A DNA stretch of 63,979 bases, counting the filler, from Diploschistes diacapsis (lineage: Eukaryota), in NCBI GenBank assembly GCA_023645945.1. It is 16 parts of 16 records of this genome, joined end to end, with 100 filler letters (N's around TTAATTAATTAA, not from the genome) between each part and the next. Parts side by side here need not be neighbours in the genome. Positions count along the whole stretch, not along the records: positions 48,435 to 52,350 come from JALAIB010001822.1; positions 52,451 to 56,362 come from JALAIB010001823.1; positions 56,463 to 60,369 come from JALAIB010001824.1; positions 60,470 to 63,979 come from JALAIB010001895.1; 12 more parts are not named here. One strand, given 5' to 3'. Position numbers and translations under genes: made by a program. Below, piece by piece: positions 50,166 to 63,979 of this stretch (position 1 is its first letter; every line of letters begins with the position of its first letter). Below the pieces are notes generated by a model. That model was not told the DNA's origin. It did no database searches and saw only the letters and a list, made by a program, of their open reading frames with translations.

Positions 50166-51080
50166 GTTCGAGGATGGGATACGACGACCAAAAAATATAC
50201 TGGGAGTCGAAGCCTGGAAGCAGGAAGTCCGAAACAAAAACAGACACAATGGTAGACAGAAAAGGTGACATGTAATGAGCTGCTTACCTGCTTGCCATTG
50301 GCGGTACGCGGATCTTTGCACTAGGAGCTGCGGAGGAATGTCGAAGATATCAAGTTGTGTGTTTGGTTTGTGTAACTACTTTAAAAAGGTGAAAGTTGGA
50401 TTGGCGACACATGATATTGTTAAAATTGTTAAAAAGGATAGAAGTAATGCTCCCTAATTAGGTAATATTTTAGATGAAATAAATGCTAGCCCTTGCAGTA
50501 GTACAATAATAATAATATATTATCATTATTGTAGGAGATAAATATAATTTTGTTATTATATCACGTTTTCGGTTACTACGTCTGTTCGAGTACTAGGGTC
50601 ACGACTATAGTAGACTCGAGGCCTCAACGTAATTCCCTTCAACCTCATTATGGACGAATATACTATTGTAGATCAGCTGGAGCTGTACTCAACCGCAAGT
50701 GCAGTTACTTTCCTTCCAAGACTGAGGTGTAAATGCCTTCATTTACCGCATCTGCAACCATCATGAGTACAGCTTCGGGACTCGGCACAGGCGATGTATA
50801 TTGTCATCATCATAAGTACATTTAAGGTGGTTATCCAAAACCCAAGGGTGAGACCAAGGTGGTATGAAACGGCACAGGCATATTACAAAACTTTGGGGAT
50901 ATTCAAGGTTGTCGAGACACGACGGCCACGGAGACGTTCACGTGCAGTAACCCTATTTGGATACAGTTACTAGCGAAACAGTTACTGAAAGGGAGCCCTT
51001 GTGAAGTCTGACATGCCGTAAATCATTCAAGAACACCAAGCCATCCTCGTATTGGGTATCATCATAATGCACACTAGAAT

Positions 51081-52009
51081 TTAAACCACTTCTTGTTCAC
51101 TCCGTCCAAGAGACCTTCTCCAATTTGCCCGATCAGCATTGACTGGTATGCTCGTCAAATCCATCTTGATGGTAGTATCATCGAGCATATCGTTATCACC
51201 CTTGATTTCTCCGGCCATTGCCTCCATAGTATCTTGCCAAAGCTTCCTCTGTTTCTGTCTGTGTGTAAGGGTTCTCTCTAGCTCCTTCCCTTTCTGCTGG
51301 CCAGTTTTTTGTACCAATCGCCGAAGAGCTTCTTCACCCATGCGTGCTTCTTCTGTGGCGAGTTCTCGAATCTTCTTGGGATCTCGCTCTCTAGGTAGAA
51401 AAGATAAGGTGGCCCTGTACGTGTGACGGCTTGGAAGTATGGGCAACATTCGCGGCGCATAAGCCAGTTTTGGCTCGGCATGATCGTTGAGCGTGGCGTG
51501 AAAGCCTCCCATGAGCTGCACGTTCTCGTCCGCAGTTACAGTCTCAGCCACTAATTGAAGATAAGAGTCTTCGGTAGACACCGGAGGGTTGAGGTGGGGC
51601 AGGAGACTTTGAAAGGTATAACGATGCGAGATCAACGCATACTCAAAGTCATGTGGGAGAGGCCTGGTCCTACGAGAAGAAGACATCGACGCCCTAGTAT
51701 AGCCCAGAAAATGGTTCATGACTGAAATGAGCATACTTCATTGGTTACATGAAACAAGTACTTACATGATTCAACGTGAAATACAAAACTTGCTAGAGCA
51801 TCTGGAGTTGCTGCTTCAAATCCCACGGCTGCCAAGATCAGTGAGATGGCTCGAGTAAGCTGCTGATGAAGCCCTTCCGCGTCATGGTCTATGCTGGCAA
51901 AATGACTCTGCTGCTTCCAATTCACATTGTGGTGACGATGATATGGGCGCTTTGGCACGAAGTCATCACTCTGTGGTTGCAGATCGATAGCCTTGGGATT
52001 TGGAGCCAT
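51081..52009 (-). CDS. TAF8: TFIID subunit Taf8-like (histone fold/bromodomain-associated plus TAF8 C-terminal), 2 exons
   Basis: LAAVGFEAATPDAL, SSRRTRPLPHDF, LPILPSRHTYRAT, DPKKIRELATEEARMGEEALRRL. Confidence 0.8.
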
Positions 52010-52450
52010 TAATGTATGAAAGCGACACTTTCAACAAAAGAAAATAAAGTCCGGCAAAGACATTTCACCAACGTCTTCGAAAACAAGTGAAGAAGTGCAG
52101 AAAGGACACTTATTTATCCATGTTCGCATCTATCACGGCAGAGAGAAACGGAGCTAACGTTGTTATAGTCTTTACGCCGACGTCAGAAGGCAAATTATAT
52201 AATAATATGGGGGGCAGTTATTCTGACCGAAATAAACGCTATTACATAAGTAATTATCGGAGTTGACACTTCCGATCTTTCTGAATTTTCTATGTCTTCC
52301 CACTACATCTCAATATACGTGCACGGTTTATTTCAAGCAAAGAATATCGANNNNNNNNNNNNNNNNNNNNNNNNNNNNNNNNNNNNNNNNNNNNTTAATT
52401 AATTAANNNNNNNNNNNNNNNNNNNNNNNNNNNNNNNNNNNNNNNNNNNN

Positions 52451-52684
52451 CTCCCTCACCATGCGATAGCAATCCGTCCTCGACCCCGCGTCCCCATGTA
52501 CCAATATGCCCTTGCGCCCGGCCTGCTCCACCGACCGCAAGACCTCCTGCGCCCGATCCTTGCTGGATAGATAGTTGATGGCGACGTCGCACCCCTCCTT
52601 GGCGAAGGTGGTAGCCAGCAGGGCGCCCAGGCCGCGCGAGGCGCCGGTTATTAGGACGCGGCGGTTGGAGAGGACGTAGGGCAT
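52451..52684 (-). CDS. Short-chain dehydrogenase/reductase, N-terminal fragment
   Basis: VLITGASRGLG Rossmann motif, DVAINY; truncated by contig end. Confidence 0.85.
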
Positions 52685-54416
52685 TTTTGGGGGAGGTTGA
52701 TTTTGTTGCGGGAAGGACTGGGTGGAGAAATGATACAGACGGGATCCCGGTCCGAGGCAGGGGGCTTAAGGGGGGAAGGTGAGCGGGAGAGAGGAAGATT
52801 GCCTATTTTAGAGTAGGAAGGCTGCGCAGCTGATTTCTAGTTGTTTACAGGGCACCGACCGGTCTCAGAGTACGGTTCCTTGTATGCCTATTTTAAAATT
52901 CGGAGGTTTTAATCCGAATTGATGGATTCCCAACGGGGGATGTTTGAGATGCTCGCACCTTTATCTATCAGCAGAGTACTAAAGTTATCTCCCTTTCTTC
53001 CTCGATTTTCCGTACGTCAAGAATCCCCTCACCCATAATCATAACCCCTCGTTTCCCTCTATCGGGCTGTTCCGGCTACGCTTACCAAGTGGTGCGCATG
53101 TGGGGAGTCAAGCACAGATAATCGTGAGATCGGCCTTCCGTACCTACTCGTGCTAGTCTGTCCAAACCTAGAGGGGAAATGTGCAAAGTTTCCTAATAGC
53201 CGAGCTAGCTGTTTTAGGATCAGGCCAAGTTGCCAAGCCTGGAGTGTTCCTGGGGTTACTATCGGGGGTAACTCGTCCGCTGACTGGAAGTTCTTAAGTG
53301 GCTAAGATGTACCGCCGTGGTGGTGGTCGTTGAGCCCAAACACCCAATTTATAAGACAGGCATACTGAAGGGTGTTCATAAGGGACAGCGTGCTTCCTAG
53401 AATCGAGAAAAGCCGCTTGCAAACTTCGCTGCAACTTTACAAGGTTTTTGATAGGGTCGGAAAGTTACCGGAATAAAATCGGACCGTCATTTATATTTAT
53501 CTTCTCATACATTCCCCCCCCCCCCTTTTTGTGGCCTCTTTATTGTCATATCACTTTTTCAATATCCACTTTTTTTAAGGCAAGGAAACCAATGAACTCA
53601 AGCGTCATTATCCAATATCATCTTGTAATAGCTTCCCATTTCTGCTACACGCAAATGCGCATTCGAATTTGAATGAAGGGACATGGAAGGTTTGAAAACC
53701 ATTTTGGTGTACGGTGTTACTTTTCCCCGTAATATTACGACCCAGCGCCAAGTTCACGGTCAGAATAACCGGCACCACACGCTGAGGCTGCTTCTCCTCC
53801 ATAGCCGCATTCTTTTTCTCAACGGAGCAAGATTCCATGGAACGTTAACGCTTATGGCTGTTCTCGGATCCATAGAGTAAAAGCAAAGAGTAATATTCTG
53901 CCTGAGTGAGGCCTTTAATGCAGTGAACAGGTGTGCTCAGTGATATACAGAAAAGCTGATTGGTAAATTTCTATTCATTCAATTAGGTGAATCTATCGAG
54001 ATTTTTGCTTTTGCCTTCTAGAATGTTATCGTACCTATAGCTGCTGTGCCAAGCCTAAGTTTCAAATCGCGGAGTAAAGGGATTGCACGTCTGTGCACGC
54101 ATTCACCTAGTACGGCTGTCTCTGCTGGGATTGCATCTTAAATTGGGCTCGAGAGATTCGTATCTATCGTCATCGAGTGGTGGAGACACAAGAAGTATCG
54201 ATGCAGGTTCAGGGACTTGAAATATATGATAGTAAGCAAGATTAGCAGATTATGCATGTAAGTTCCTAATCTATCATATATAGCTCTGGCATATAAGTAT
54301 TATCAAATAGATTTCGGGTCATCGTCGCTCAAAGGACTTTAAGGTATCATAGGTGTGCTCACGGACTTTTGCAGGTACACAGGGAAAGGTTACAAAGAAA
54401 AGGAGACCATTCCTAA

Positions 54417-54845
54417 TCAGGCCTGGAGAATCCTCGACCGCCTCGAAGATGTTGACGAGTCACAATTCGTCGCTGCCGGGATAATCGGGCAAATTGTCTG
54501 GTTGCTCGAGGCAATATAGAAGTCTGTGGGCGTGCCGCTGTCGTACGAGACATATCCACCGGAGCTGCAGATGGAGCCATAGTAGGCCGAGGCGTCTGGA
54601 GTAGATCAGTTAGCAAAGTTTCGGAGCAAAGCATTGTTTGAAAGGCACGTACATGACTCATCCTGGTATCCGCAAGTCTTCTGAATGCACTCCGTGAAGA
54701 CGTTAGCCGGCATGCACAGGTTGCAAGCTCCGTATTGGTGGATGCAATTGTTGAGGCATGTAGGAGGCGGAACTTCGAAAGATAGGTCTTGCGCCAGGAT
54801 GGGCGTGAGGAGAGCAGCTGCGACAAGAGAGAGTATGGCCTTCAT
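54417..54845 (-). CDS. Small secreted cysteine-rich (CFEM-like) protein, 2 exons
   Basis: Signal peptide MKAILSLVAAALLTPILAQ; PTCLNNC...C..C...C...C, then a GTACGT...GCTAAC...CAG intron, then YASAYYGSIC...; 9 Cys in total. Confidence 0.75.
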
Positions 54846-57516
54846 TGTGACAATGATATGATGCGAGGCCGAGGCAGGTTTGAGAGCGACTTGGGTCTTT
54901 GAAAATAAGAGATTTATGGAAGTAGTAGACTGAATATGGACGAAAGAGAATGCGGAGTATGAGATTGAACGTGGATGAAAGTAGAACTTTGTAGATAACA
55001 GCAGTTGCAAGCAATATATAGGGATTTCTCCTTTCAGGATCCGGACAAGCATCCGCTGCAGGCAATATATTTGCTTTCCCTGCCATAGCTGGGCTCGCAC
55101 TGTGGCTGGAATACGAAGGTGACGTCGCAGTGTGAACTTCAGGATTGGCTCGCCCACCGCCACACGGTGGTGCACTGATGCAGCATTATTGACGATTGCT
55201 TTCCACGATTGGATAGAACACATCGACCGAGCAGCTGTTGCAGCGCAAGAACGGCAAAAGCTAGGGAATACCAGAACAAGCAAGCTAGGTATTTGATGTG
55301 CCTTGTTCCTAGTCTCATGCGGCTGATCCAGGCCGGCGGTGCCACAACAGGTAATGTAGCAAATCAAGATGCTGTATAGAGTAGCGAGGCTCGCAAGTAC
55401 AAGATGGCTAATGCAGACGGTGAATGGATAACGTTATTATATATGTAACAATTGGAGCGAACTCGGGGGGGAGTAATCTTGAGGCAGAATCCAGATTTGG
55501 CTTGGCACCACGGAAGAACTGCACGTTCCGGCCCTTCCGGCCCTTCCGATCTTCTGGGCTTCAATCTCCGAATCTTGAAAGGTGAGGGTGCTGACGGCGT
55601 CATGAGAAGTTGCCCCAGGATTAGAATCACCAAAAAGCTGAATGTAAAGCCTATGAAAAGATCCCTACACACGTGCAAGTACACCCGTAAAGCCAGTCCT
55701 TGCTGGCGGGCAAGGGACTGGGCGCGGACATCCCATAAATCGACCCCAAGCCACGAGTGTTACCAGTAGATGTTCATGATAAAGGGAGACTAGGCACTCG
55801 ATAATTGTGAAGTAAGTGTCTTACGCTGCTCAACTTTCAGCTCGCTCCACTCTCTACAGTGCGTACCCGGCAAGGGGAAGTGAGTTGAGCTAACATCTCA
55901 ATCGGGCCCATTCTGGCATCGCCGTGATTGGTTGGCTTCTGGCCCTATCTAGATTTGACACATATCTGCCGATTTTTCCCCCTCTGACTTGACAACATGG
56001 CAAGAAATGTGAATCAAGGTGGTGCAACCTAATTGTCATGCAGAGATGCTGTCACGCCAACTGTGGGACCTTTACGAGACTCTGTAGATAATTTGAGAGC
56101 ATTGCATTTTACTTAGCCTTGGCCTGGCCTGCCGTAGGAAACCAAACTTGTCGTGGTGCACTGGTGCACTGGTGAACCGTTGAGCGTTGATGTTTGGTAA
56201 GTGGCGGGTATTGACTCTGGACCGGGACCTTGGAAAATGAACAACCGACACCTGACAAACCTGACCCGCCCCCCCCCCCCCGGGGGCCGCTGGGGAGAAG
56301 CCTTAACTACTGGCTACTAGTTCTAACTAACTCGAAAGGGAAACACGCCGACTCCCAAAGCCNNNNNNNNNNNNNNNNNNNNNNNNNNNNNNNNNNNNNN
56401 NNNNNNTTAATTAATTAANNNNNNNNNNNNNNNNNNNNNNNNNNNNNNNNNNNNNNNNNNNNTGCGAAGAAAGGAAAAATGAAAAGCTGCCCAAGTGTGG
56501 ATCCTAGCAGGATGCATGAAGACGCAGAGAGCGTTGTACTTGCACTTGTACAGTAGCGTATAGATATACATACATACGAAGATAAGATGTATGCGAAGAA
56601 TGCAGTAAGCGAAGAAGGTTCTGCAGTAGGAATACCTCCCTTCGTATGTTATGTTCGCTTGTTGATTTTTGGATAGTTTTACTACACACATACGTTGTGC
56701 AGTAAGGAGCTTAAAGTGAGACGGGGTACAGCTAAGGGGTTTGGACAAAACAGGAGCACAAGGTAAATGGTGGCTGTGAGGGGATCTTTGAGATAAGTAT
56801 TGGAGATCTTGGTTTAGCAGACATCATGTCTAATAGATATGAAATATGATATATGATATATGATATATCATACATACGGTATAGGTATAGGTATGTGAAA
56901 AAAGTGTATCTAAATGCCACACTGTGGCTGATGTGATGTGCCCAATCATGTTCATGATGGGCGTGAGGCAAAACCACTCGACTAAGAATATCCCCGTTAT
57001 TCTGCCTTCTGCCGTCACTGGCCCTTTCCTGCCAACATCCTTCGTTTGAGGGGTCGCATCTCTCCCAAAGTCCCTACTGCGTTACTGCTGCCGCCGCCGC
57101 GTATGCGCCTTTAGCTTTGTACAACAATATTAATCGCCCAGTATCGTTCCTTGCTTGGATCCAAGCGTCATTTGTACTGCTGTGGTAGAACAACTCCGGT
57201 CCCTCTCCGTTTTGCTGGACTTTCTTGCTTCAACGCAACACAAGGCTGACATTCATCCCAACCTTGGCACCCGTATCAAATTCCAGCGATCGATCATAAG
57301 GTTCCCGGAAGGTCCGGGCGCTATAGGTGTCAGAGGAATTGAAATTAGGTTCGAGAGAAACTTAAACATCGCGAAATTGATCTCGAAATTGATCTTCTTA
57401 CCTATTGATTATTGTCTCATCGTGTGCACCTTGACTGCGACCGCTTTATACGTTCACGTTCACGTTCCCTTTCGTCGTGGACATTGACGTTGCAACTTGG
57501 ACACATTTGCGACATC

Positions 57517-59772
57517 ATGGCCCACGACGCTTACTCAAAAACAAACGACCCGCCTCCGGGCTATGACCCTTCAGACACGCATCCGCAGCATCCGCAATCA
57601 TACTACACCAGCGATGGGTTTCGAGCAAGATCTGGGGGATCGTCAAAAAACGGGACTGAGCTCCGCCTACCTCAAGAACAACAACCGGGCGCTCGGCAGC
57701 CTCTCAAACCTATTGCTGAAGCCGTCAACACCGCGTTCGACAATGCACATGTTCCCGGTATCTCGCATGAGGTCATGACACAAATTACTCAGAACGTTAT
57801 CGAACAATTGAAAAAGACTGGGTCTTTGGGGGGTGCCCAGACACCAACGTCCCAGAACCATCAACAGCCTCTTCACCCTCCTGCGACTCCTCGCTATCCT
57901 CCACCACCCTCTCAACAGCACAATCCGCCCCCTACATCTCCTACGGCTTATACCGCCGGATCGCCTCCCTCTCCGGCGAGGAATGTCCATACTCCACCTT
58001 CGCCGCAACGGCATACCGAGCAACATTCCGACTCTCCGGAATCCAGAGCGTCTGGCGTGTGTGAGACTGCAAACATGCATCGGGCTCCGGAAGAGAAGAG
58101 GCCTGCATCGAACTTGAGCAACCATAGCGATACCCAAGAGAGTCGCCCCAAACCTGCAAAAAGAGCGCTAAGTTCAAAAGAGGAGACAACCTTGGAGAAA
58201 ATATGGGGACCTCTATTCGACGGAGACGGGAAGCCTACCAACAGGCTTAGCCAGTTTCTTCGAGGTCTTGCGGTGCACATGGTAAGTCGACGGTCCTCTA
58301 AAGATGGATGTCTTGGAGATGCTGACCGGCTCCCAGATCGAAGATTATGAGCCCAAGCACAGCCTTGTTGTCACTCCGAACAAGATGGTAAAGTTTTACG
58401 AGGACGTCCGCATCTCGCAGGAACTGTACCCATGGCACAGTACGTGTTCGATCTGTGGATGGCAGACAAAACCCAGACTGACTAGTTTCCAGTTGTTTTT
58501 GACGACGACCAGTCTTCAATCTCCCGGATGTACCGTCAACTCCGTATCCAGCATCACCTGACCCAAGAAAAAGACCACCTGCATGAGCGGCCAGATATTC
58601 CTGGTCTCACGCCCGACGGCTTTGAGCGCTGGGCTACCTTGATGATTCTGGCCCACCCGGAAGAGGAATTCGAGCGTATCAAATTAGCTGCCTTGAACAT
58701 GCCAATCAACAACCCAGACGACAAAAAGGAGCGTTTCCCAAAGGATCTCTCCAGAAGGCTCTTCCCGAAGCACGAGAACTTCGATATTCGCGAGCTGCTC
58801 ATTTCCGCCATGGAGGCTCATGCCAAAATCACAGTGGAGCGGCCCTTGCAGGAGACAACCACGCCAAGAGCTGACCAGACCCAGCACCATCAGCGCAGAG
58901 GCTCTGAAACGCACTCCCACCACTCGTTTACCGACGCTTCCGTCAACCCTGAATCGGCTCCCCCTCCGCCGCCGCCGCCGCCTCCACCGGGCAACATCGA
59001 GCGAGAGCGCAAGCCCTACAGTAGGGCAGCCAACGAAACCGTCATCGACGACACAAACCCTCGTCCGGCAGTCCCTCAACCGATCGAGCGTGAGCGCAAA
59101 CCTTATAGCGTGGCCCCCGGTAACGTTGGACGCGTATATGAGGAGCCAGAGAGCGGTCGTGCAACGGTGCCGGCTACTGCTCCCTCGCACCCTCCGCCAC
59201 CACCGGGCGGCCCGCCGCCAAGCCTCCACCGCTCCTCGTCTGCCGCTTCGAGACCCATCAACATTCCTCCCCTGCCTCCTGGTGGCCCCGCTGCACACAA
59301 AATGTCGACTTCTGAGCTGACGCCTCCGCCGCAAACTAATCAGCCGCATCTTGGTCGCCGTGCCTCCGTTCGCCGTCCCATTCGCAACCACAGCCCCTCT
59401 GCCAGCGTCGGCGCAGCCGACCCTCGACGCTCAGAAGGCGATATTCGAGGCTTCCAGCCCAGCAGCTACGACCCACCGAGTCACATGGCGAACCACATGG
59501 CGATGCGTGAGCGTGAGCGTGAGCGTGAGCGTGAACGTGAACGTGAACGTGAACGTGAGGGGCTGCCTGCAGGACATCATTCGGTCGATGCTGCCTACGA
59601 CGAGGATGTAAGACGGTATGGCGGCCGCGAGGCTGAAATGCGGAGGGGAGAATACATGCGAGGCGGGAGCCCGAGCAGGAGGTACGAGGTGCCGCCGGAG
59701 CGACGATCGACCTACAACGAAGAGGACTTTTACCGTGTGCCGTCCAGACGGGATGCTGGGGTTTATCGTTGA
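57517..59772 (+). CDS. Conserved fungal proline-rich hypothetical protein, 3 exons
   Basis: EETTLEKIWGPLFD...RLSQFLRGLA, IEDYEP, PGLTPDGFERW, ERFPKDLSRRLFP, repeated IERERKPY; RE dipeptide run. Confidence 0.85.
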
Positions 59773-60719
59773 TGTTTGGGACTCCTTGAAGATTGCAATG
59801 TCGCGTCCAAGAAACGCGATTCCGGGTTTGTTGAAGGTTCGACGCAGCGAAGCATTGCACCGTATGATCATGGCAATGGCTACATACGGTTAAAGGGTGC
59901 CTTTTTTCTCTTCTTTGTGGATTCATTTTCCTGCTTGAGGGATACCAATACCAACACCAACTTGATACCACTGGCGCTTTCCTTGCTTTTCTCTGTTGGC
60001 GAAATGAAAGATTACGGCCGCCGTTTGCTAGGGTTTTTTTTTGAGGGCGCATGAGGGGCGCGCGCGCCATCCGACAGAGATAAGACAGGCTACGCGGGCA
60101 TTAGCCCTTGCTCCCTTTTAACCCTTACGAGATACCACGTTGTACAGCATCGATCTGGCTTCATATGATGCTATTCAGATTCTGGATTTTCGTTCTAGTT
60201 GCCTTCGATCCAAGCGACTCCACCTATCCTAATGACCCTCGCCGCCCCCTTTACGTCGCATATGAAGCGCAAATAGCTAGCTACGGAATCACCATACCTA
60301 GGCAGTACCTGTTTTGCTATTTGGCCAAACCTTTATTCGGGGGGGACGTTATGAATGCATAGAGGGGGGNNNNNNNNNNNNNNNNNNNNNNNNNNNNNNN
60401 NNNNNNNNNNNNNTTAATTAATTAANNNNNNNNNNNNNNNNNNNNNNNNNNNNNNNNNNNNNNNNNNNNGATTCGAATGGTGATATTTGTTTTAAAGGAG
60501 CGTGGGTGTAAAAAAACTTATAATAAACATCACTTGAAAGACCCGCAAAAAGGGCGTAAAGGCTAATGGTAAAATATATATTTATTTCGGTCACAATAAC
60601 TGCTCTGCTGAATAGCCGAAACTTGGTAAACATTGAAGATTATCACCAAGTAGTCCGAGCTCTACGTCTCGCCTGGTCAACTGTTATGAAGCATATTGAG
60701 TGCTCGCTGAGCGAGAGGA

Positions 60720-63257
60720 ATGGCAATCTTCTTGCGACGACGACTGAGATGCTTCTATTGTAATCATCAGTCAGACCAGAGGTATACGGCAGGGCTGTTA
60801 AAGTGGAAATGTGAATACTGTGACGCTTTCAATTACCTTGACTCTGTAAGTACTCCCAAACAATTTCAGAGCTTACATTCATATACTGACTAAGACTACT
60901 AGAAAGGTGATATCACCGACCCACCGGTGCATGAGGTAGCTGCGCCGGTGAAGGACCGATATGCCAGGAATATCCGCCGCTCGATCTCACCTACGATTCC
61001 TCCATCCAAACAATCGATCTTCTGCCAGAGGTGTCTAAACAACCAGCATCTCTTAGTCCAGAGTCTCGCCAATTACCTGCCTCCAAGGGCTGATCCGAGA
61101 TACAATGATTTTGAGGCGAACTTGCCCGCTTACCGCAAGAGCCTGGAGGAAAGGTACCCGCAAGTATGCGAAGTATGCGAACCGAATGTGAGGGACAGGA
61201 TAAAGCAATCTGGGTATATGGCGAAAACGGATCATCTACGGCGTATGAGGGAAAAGACGCAGAGTGCAATGCACCAGATGAAGCAGAGCTGGCAACGGAT
61301 GTCAGTACTTACTTTGGTTGGATGCCTCATCTGGTATCTCTCCATAGTAAGCCAGTTACTATGGCACGGATTAGAATTGGCCTCGTTTGTCTCACAAGAT
61401 AGCTCTGAGCTCGTGGATGATACAGCATCTCTCTCTGAATGCATTTTTAGAGCAGCTACTTCGTATCAAGTCAATACGAGGTGTGCCCAGAGTATATACT
61501 CCCCAGCGGGTTGGATTTTGGTCCTTAGTTTGCTTACAGTATGGTGGAACCCCATCATGCGGCGGCGATGGATTGACCGGGCCATCGGTCTGAAGGAGTT
61601 CTACAAGCTGCAACTGATAGTCCTGCTTACTAGATTTGCCGCCTGGTATACGCTCGGAAATGCCAGGAAACTGGATCTGGAGCCGACGTTTGTCCAGGCG
61701 GTTCACGCTGCTATGCTTGCTCTGAACATCATAGTAAGTGCTCATAAGGAATATTTATGACACCTAATGATACCTGTCATCTAGGTTCCAATCATCTCCT
61801 ATAGAACGGCGTATATCGCGCGGAGTCCCAGGGTGACCTTCCAAGATACACTCGAGCCTCTTGTTCCCGAGAAGCAGCGTGAAGCTACCGCCAGGAGCAC
61901 TGCTCAAAGACACACTCCACCGACTTCGCAAACGTCAAGCACCCCATCGCCACCGCCTCACTTTCCAGACGCACGTCAAGTGCAACCTTCGAGGCAGTCC
62001 GAAGCTCCTGCTTATCATCCACTAACCCCACCTCCAGAGGATGGGGATGAAATGGATATTGACATACCTGAGAAGACTTACAACTTGCGACCATCGATAC
62101 ACAGACGCATCGATCATCCTCAAGCGACCGGCCCATCGCCATTCTACGGCAAGATACCCGCTGCGCCGGTAAGCATGGAAAGGCAACTGCGAAACCCTCC
62201 GAACAAACCCTCATTTCAGAAAACCTCTCCGGAGCGCCAAGAATCTTTCTTTCAGAGCATGACCAAGCGTGGAAGCCCAACTTCAACCGGTCCTAGCCCT
62301 AATTCGGGTAATCTCCCCAGCGAGATACATATGAGACCGGCAAGCTTCTACACAAAGCAAGACCGCGATGCTCAAGAGACTGGTCTGGAATCCTGGTTTA
62401 CAGATTTCTTCTCCCTTGGCGAGCCACCCGGAGCGCACCAGACACCCAACGAAAACAAAGATGGCCAACCAGAAGTTTCCTCTGCCACTATCCTTTGGTA
62501 CCAACTCTTCTCCGTCCTTTCGCTCTGCTTAGGTGCCTACGGCTGGACCTTCGCCTCCGCATACTCCTCCTTCTCTCTACCCCTTTACTTCCTCTCCATT
62601 GGCATATCAGCCATCATATCCGGTACGCGACTTCGCTCTATCTTGTCCAATCCTGTCGTAAACCATAGCGACCTCCTCCTTTGCCTTCTCGAGCTCTTTG
62701 GCTCCGCAGCCATCGGCTACCAGATTCGACAAGCGCGTCTGGCTGGTTACCGTATAGACGAGGAATTGGGCTCTTTTCCCTTGTGGTATTTTGGTTTTAT
62801 GATCTTCCAAGAGTCTTCGAGCTTTGTATCTATATATAGGCGGCAGGCCGCACTATTGAAGCCGGAACCCGATCCTGAATACCGGCTGCCACAGCACCAA
62901 CCTCCACAGAGTAAAGGAACTGCACCGCCGCGAGATCAGAGACCACTTCCTTCAGAAACGAGCCTAGCTCAATGCTCTAGCAACCAGCCCTACCAACCAT
63001 CGCTACCCTCCTCCGCTCCTTCGCTCTCAACCATCAGTGCTCAACCGCCAGCACCTTCACGATCAGTGTTCGAGTACCATCCGAACTCGTCCGAGCAGAG
63101 GGGGACCCGCTTGCAAGATCAAAGTACCGGGCAATCACCGGGCTCGAAGGGAATGTCAAGCTTGACTTTGGGGCTCAGTGATGGGACGCCTGTTCAGAGA
63201 CGGGCGGCCAGACCGAGGGGCATGGCAAGGAATCCGTGGGAGATTGGCGGGCTTTGA
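60720..63257 (+). CDS. ima1: Ima1/Samp1-like inner nuclear membrane protein, 3 exons
   Basis: LRCFYC, WKCEYCDAFNYLD, GDITDPP, FCQRCLNNQ, YPQVCEVCE (four CxxC) followed by transmembrane segments. Confidence 0.88.
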
Positions 63258-63979
63258 GAACTCGAGATATGGTGTTTCGCTTCGCTCTTGGCTTCAGCGC
63301 CGCAGGCGTTAGGTTTCTATGGAAGCATTTGGGTTCTCTAGGAAGAGTGTGTCTGGGTAATTTTGTCCTCTGGCGACGACGAGACTAACGACTTGTTGTT
63401 TTGTTTTCATGTTTAAGACTGCATAGCGATATTTGGGAACTTTACTGGGCGCATTGATTCCTCCTAGGTTTTTAAACACCGGCATAGTCTTAGAAGAGGC
63501 AGTGGGACCTCCAAGTCGGGGGAGTATTGGATATATTTACATTCATGGGCGGCATGGAGAAGCTTGCATATAGTGGTAGTAACTGTTTCCTTAAGCGCAT
63601 CTATGGATAATAAAACAACAACAATTCAACGTACCACTTGAATCCGAATCTCTTTCCCTTCCTTTGCAGATTGATCAAAGTGCGTTGCAAAATAGCACAA
63701 ACCCATCAAAAACCACCCGTGCCGCATCCCTTCAGCTTCGCCCTTCAACCCCTCCACCCTCCAACGCTTACTTCTCCAGAAAGGACCATGAATCCACCCC
63801 GAGGGCCCTGAACAACGAAATGCAGATCCACGAAACAGACACCGCAGGCCGGAGGGTCGCCACATACCTCGTCTCCAACCCCGGCACTTCCACGGGCTCG
63901 AGCAAGGCCCGAGAGAACCGCGGCGGAGAGAGGGTCGATGTCGTGGTATGTGTCGCCTCCGTAACAACTGCCACCCCCC

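Noticed and set aside
3958..60469. Regularly spaced TTAATTAATTAA palindromes and ORFs ending in X...LIN
   Set aside because: Artificial assembly linkers, not biological repeats.
63768..63979. Possible 3' end of a minus-strand gene
   Set aside because: Cut by the window edge; product cannot be assigned.

Overview
This window is not continuous DNA. It is 16 unrelated contigs of about 3.9 kb, sorted by decreasing length and joined by 100-nt N/TTAATTAATTAA linkers, so adjacency across linkers means nothing. Most contigs look like filamentous ascomycete DNA with spliceosomal introns. They carry housekeeping genes (MADS-box RlmA, Swd1, G-beta, Opi3, Ubp1, Taf8, Ima1, a Pth11-like protein and others) among AT-rich, RIP-like degraded transposons and shared MITE families. 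One contig (20255-24194) looks foreign, possibly green-algal (inference). It carries an intron-containing UL9/origin-binding-protein-like SF2 helicase with a PriCT-2-like N-terminus. This gene is divergently paired with an intron-containing Crypton/NDC10-type tyrosine recombinase, and the two are separated by a 405-bp tandem duplication rich in spaced inverted TGTCA/TGACA motifs. It is a candidate integrating, self-replicating eukaryotic mobile element. A second notable item is a spliced, apparently secreted C2H2 zinc-finger protein in a repeat-rich contig. All calls come from reading the sequence; no database searches were run.
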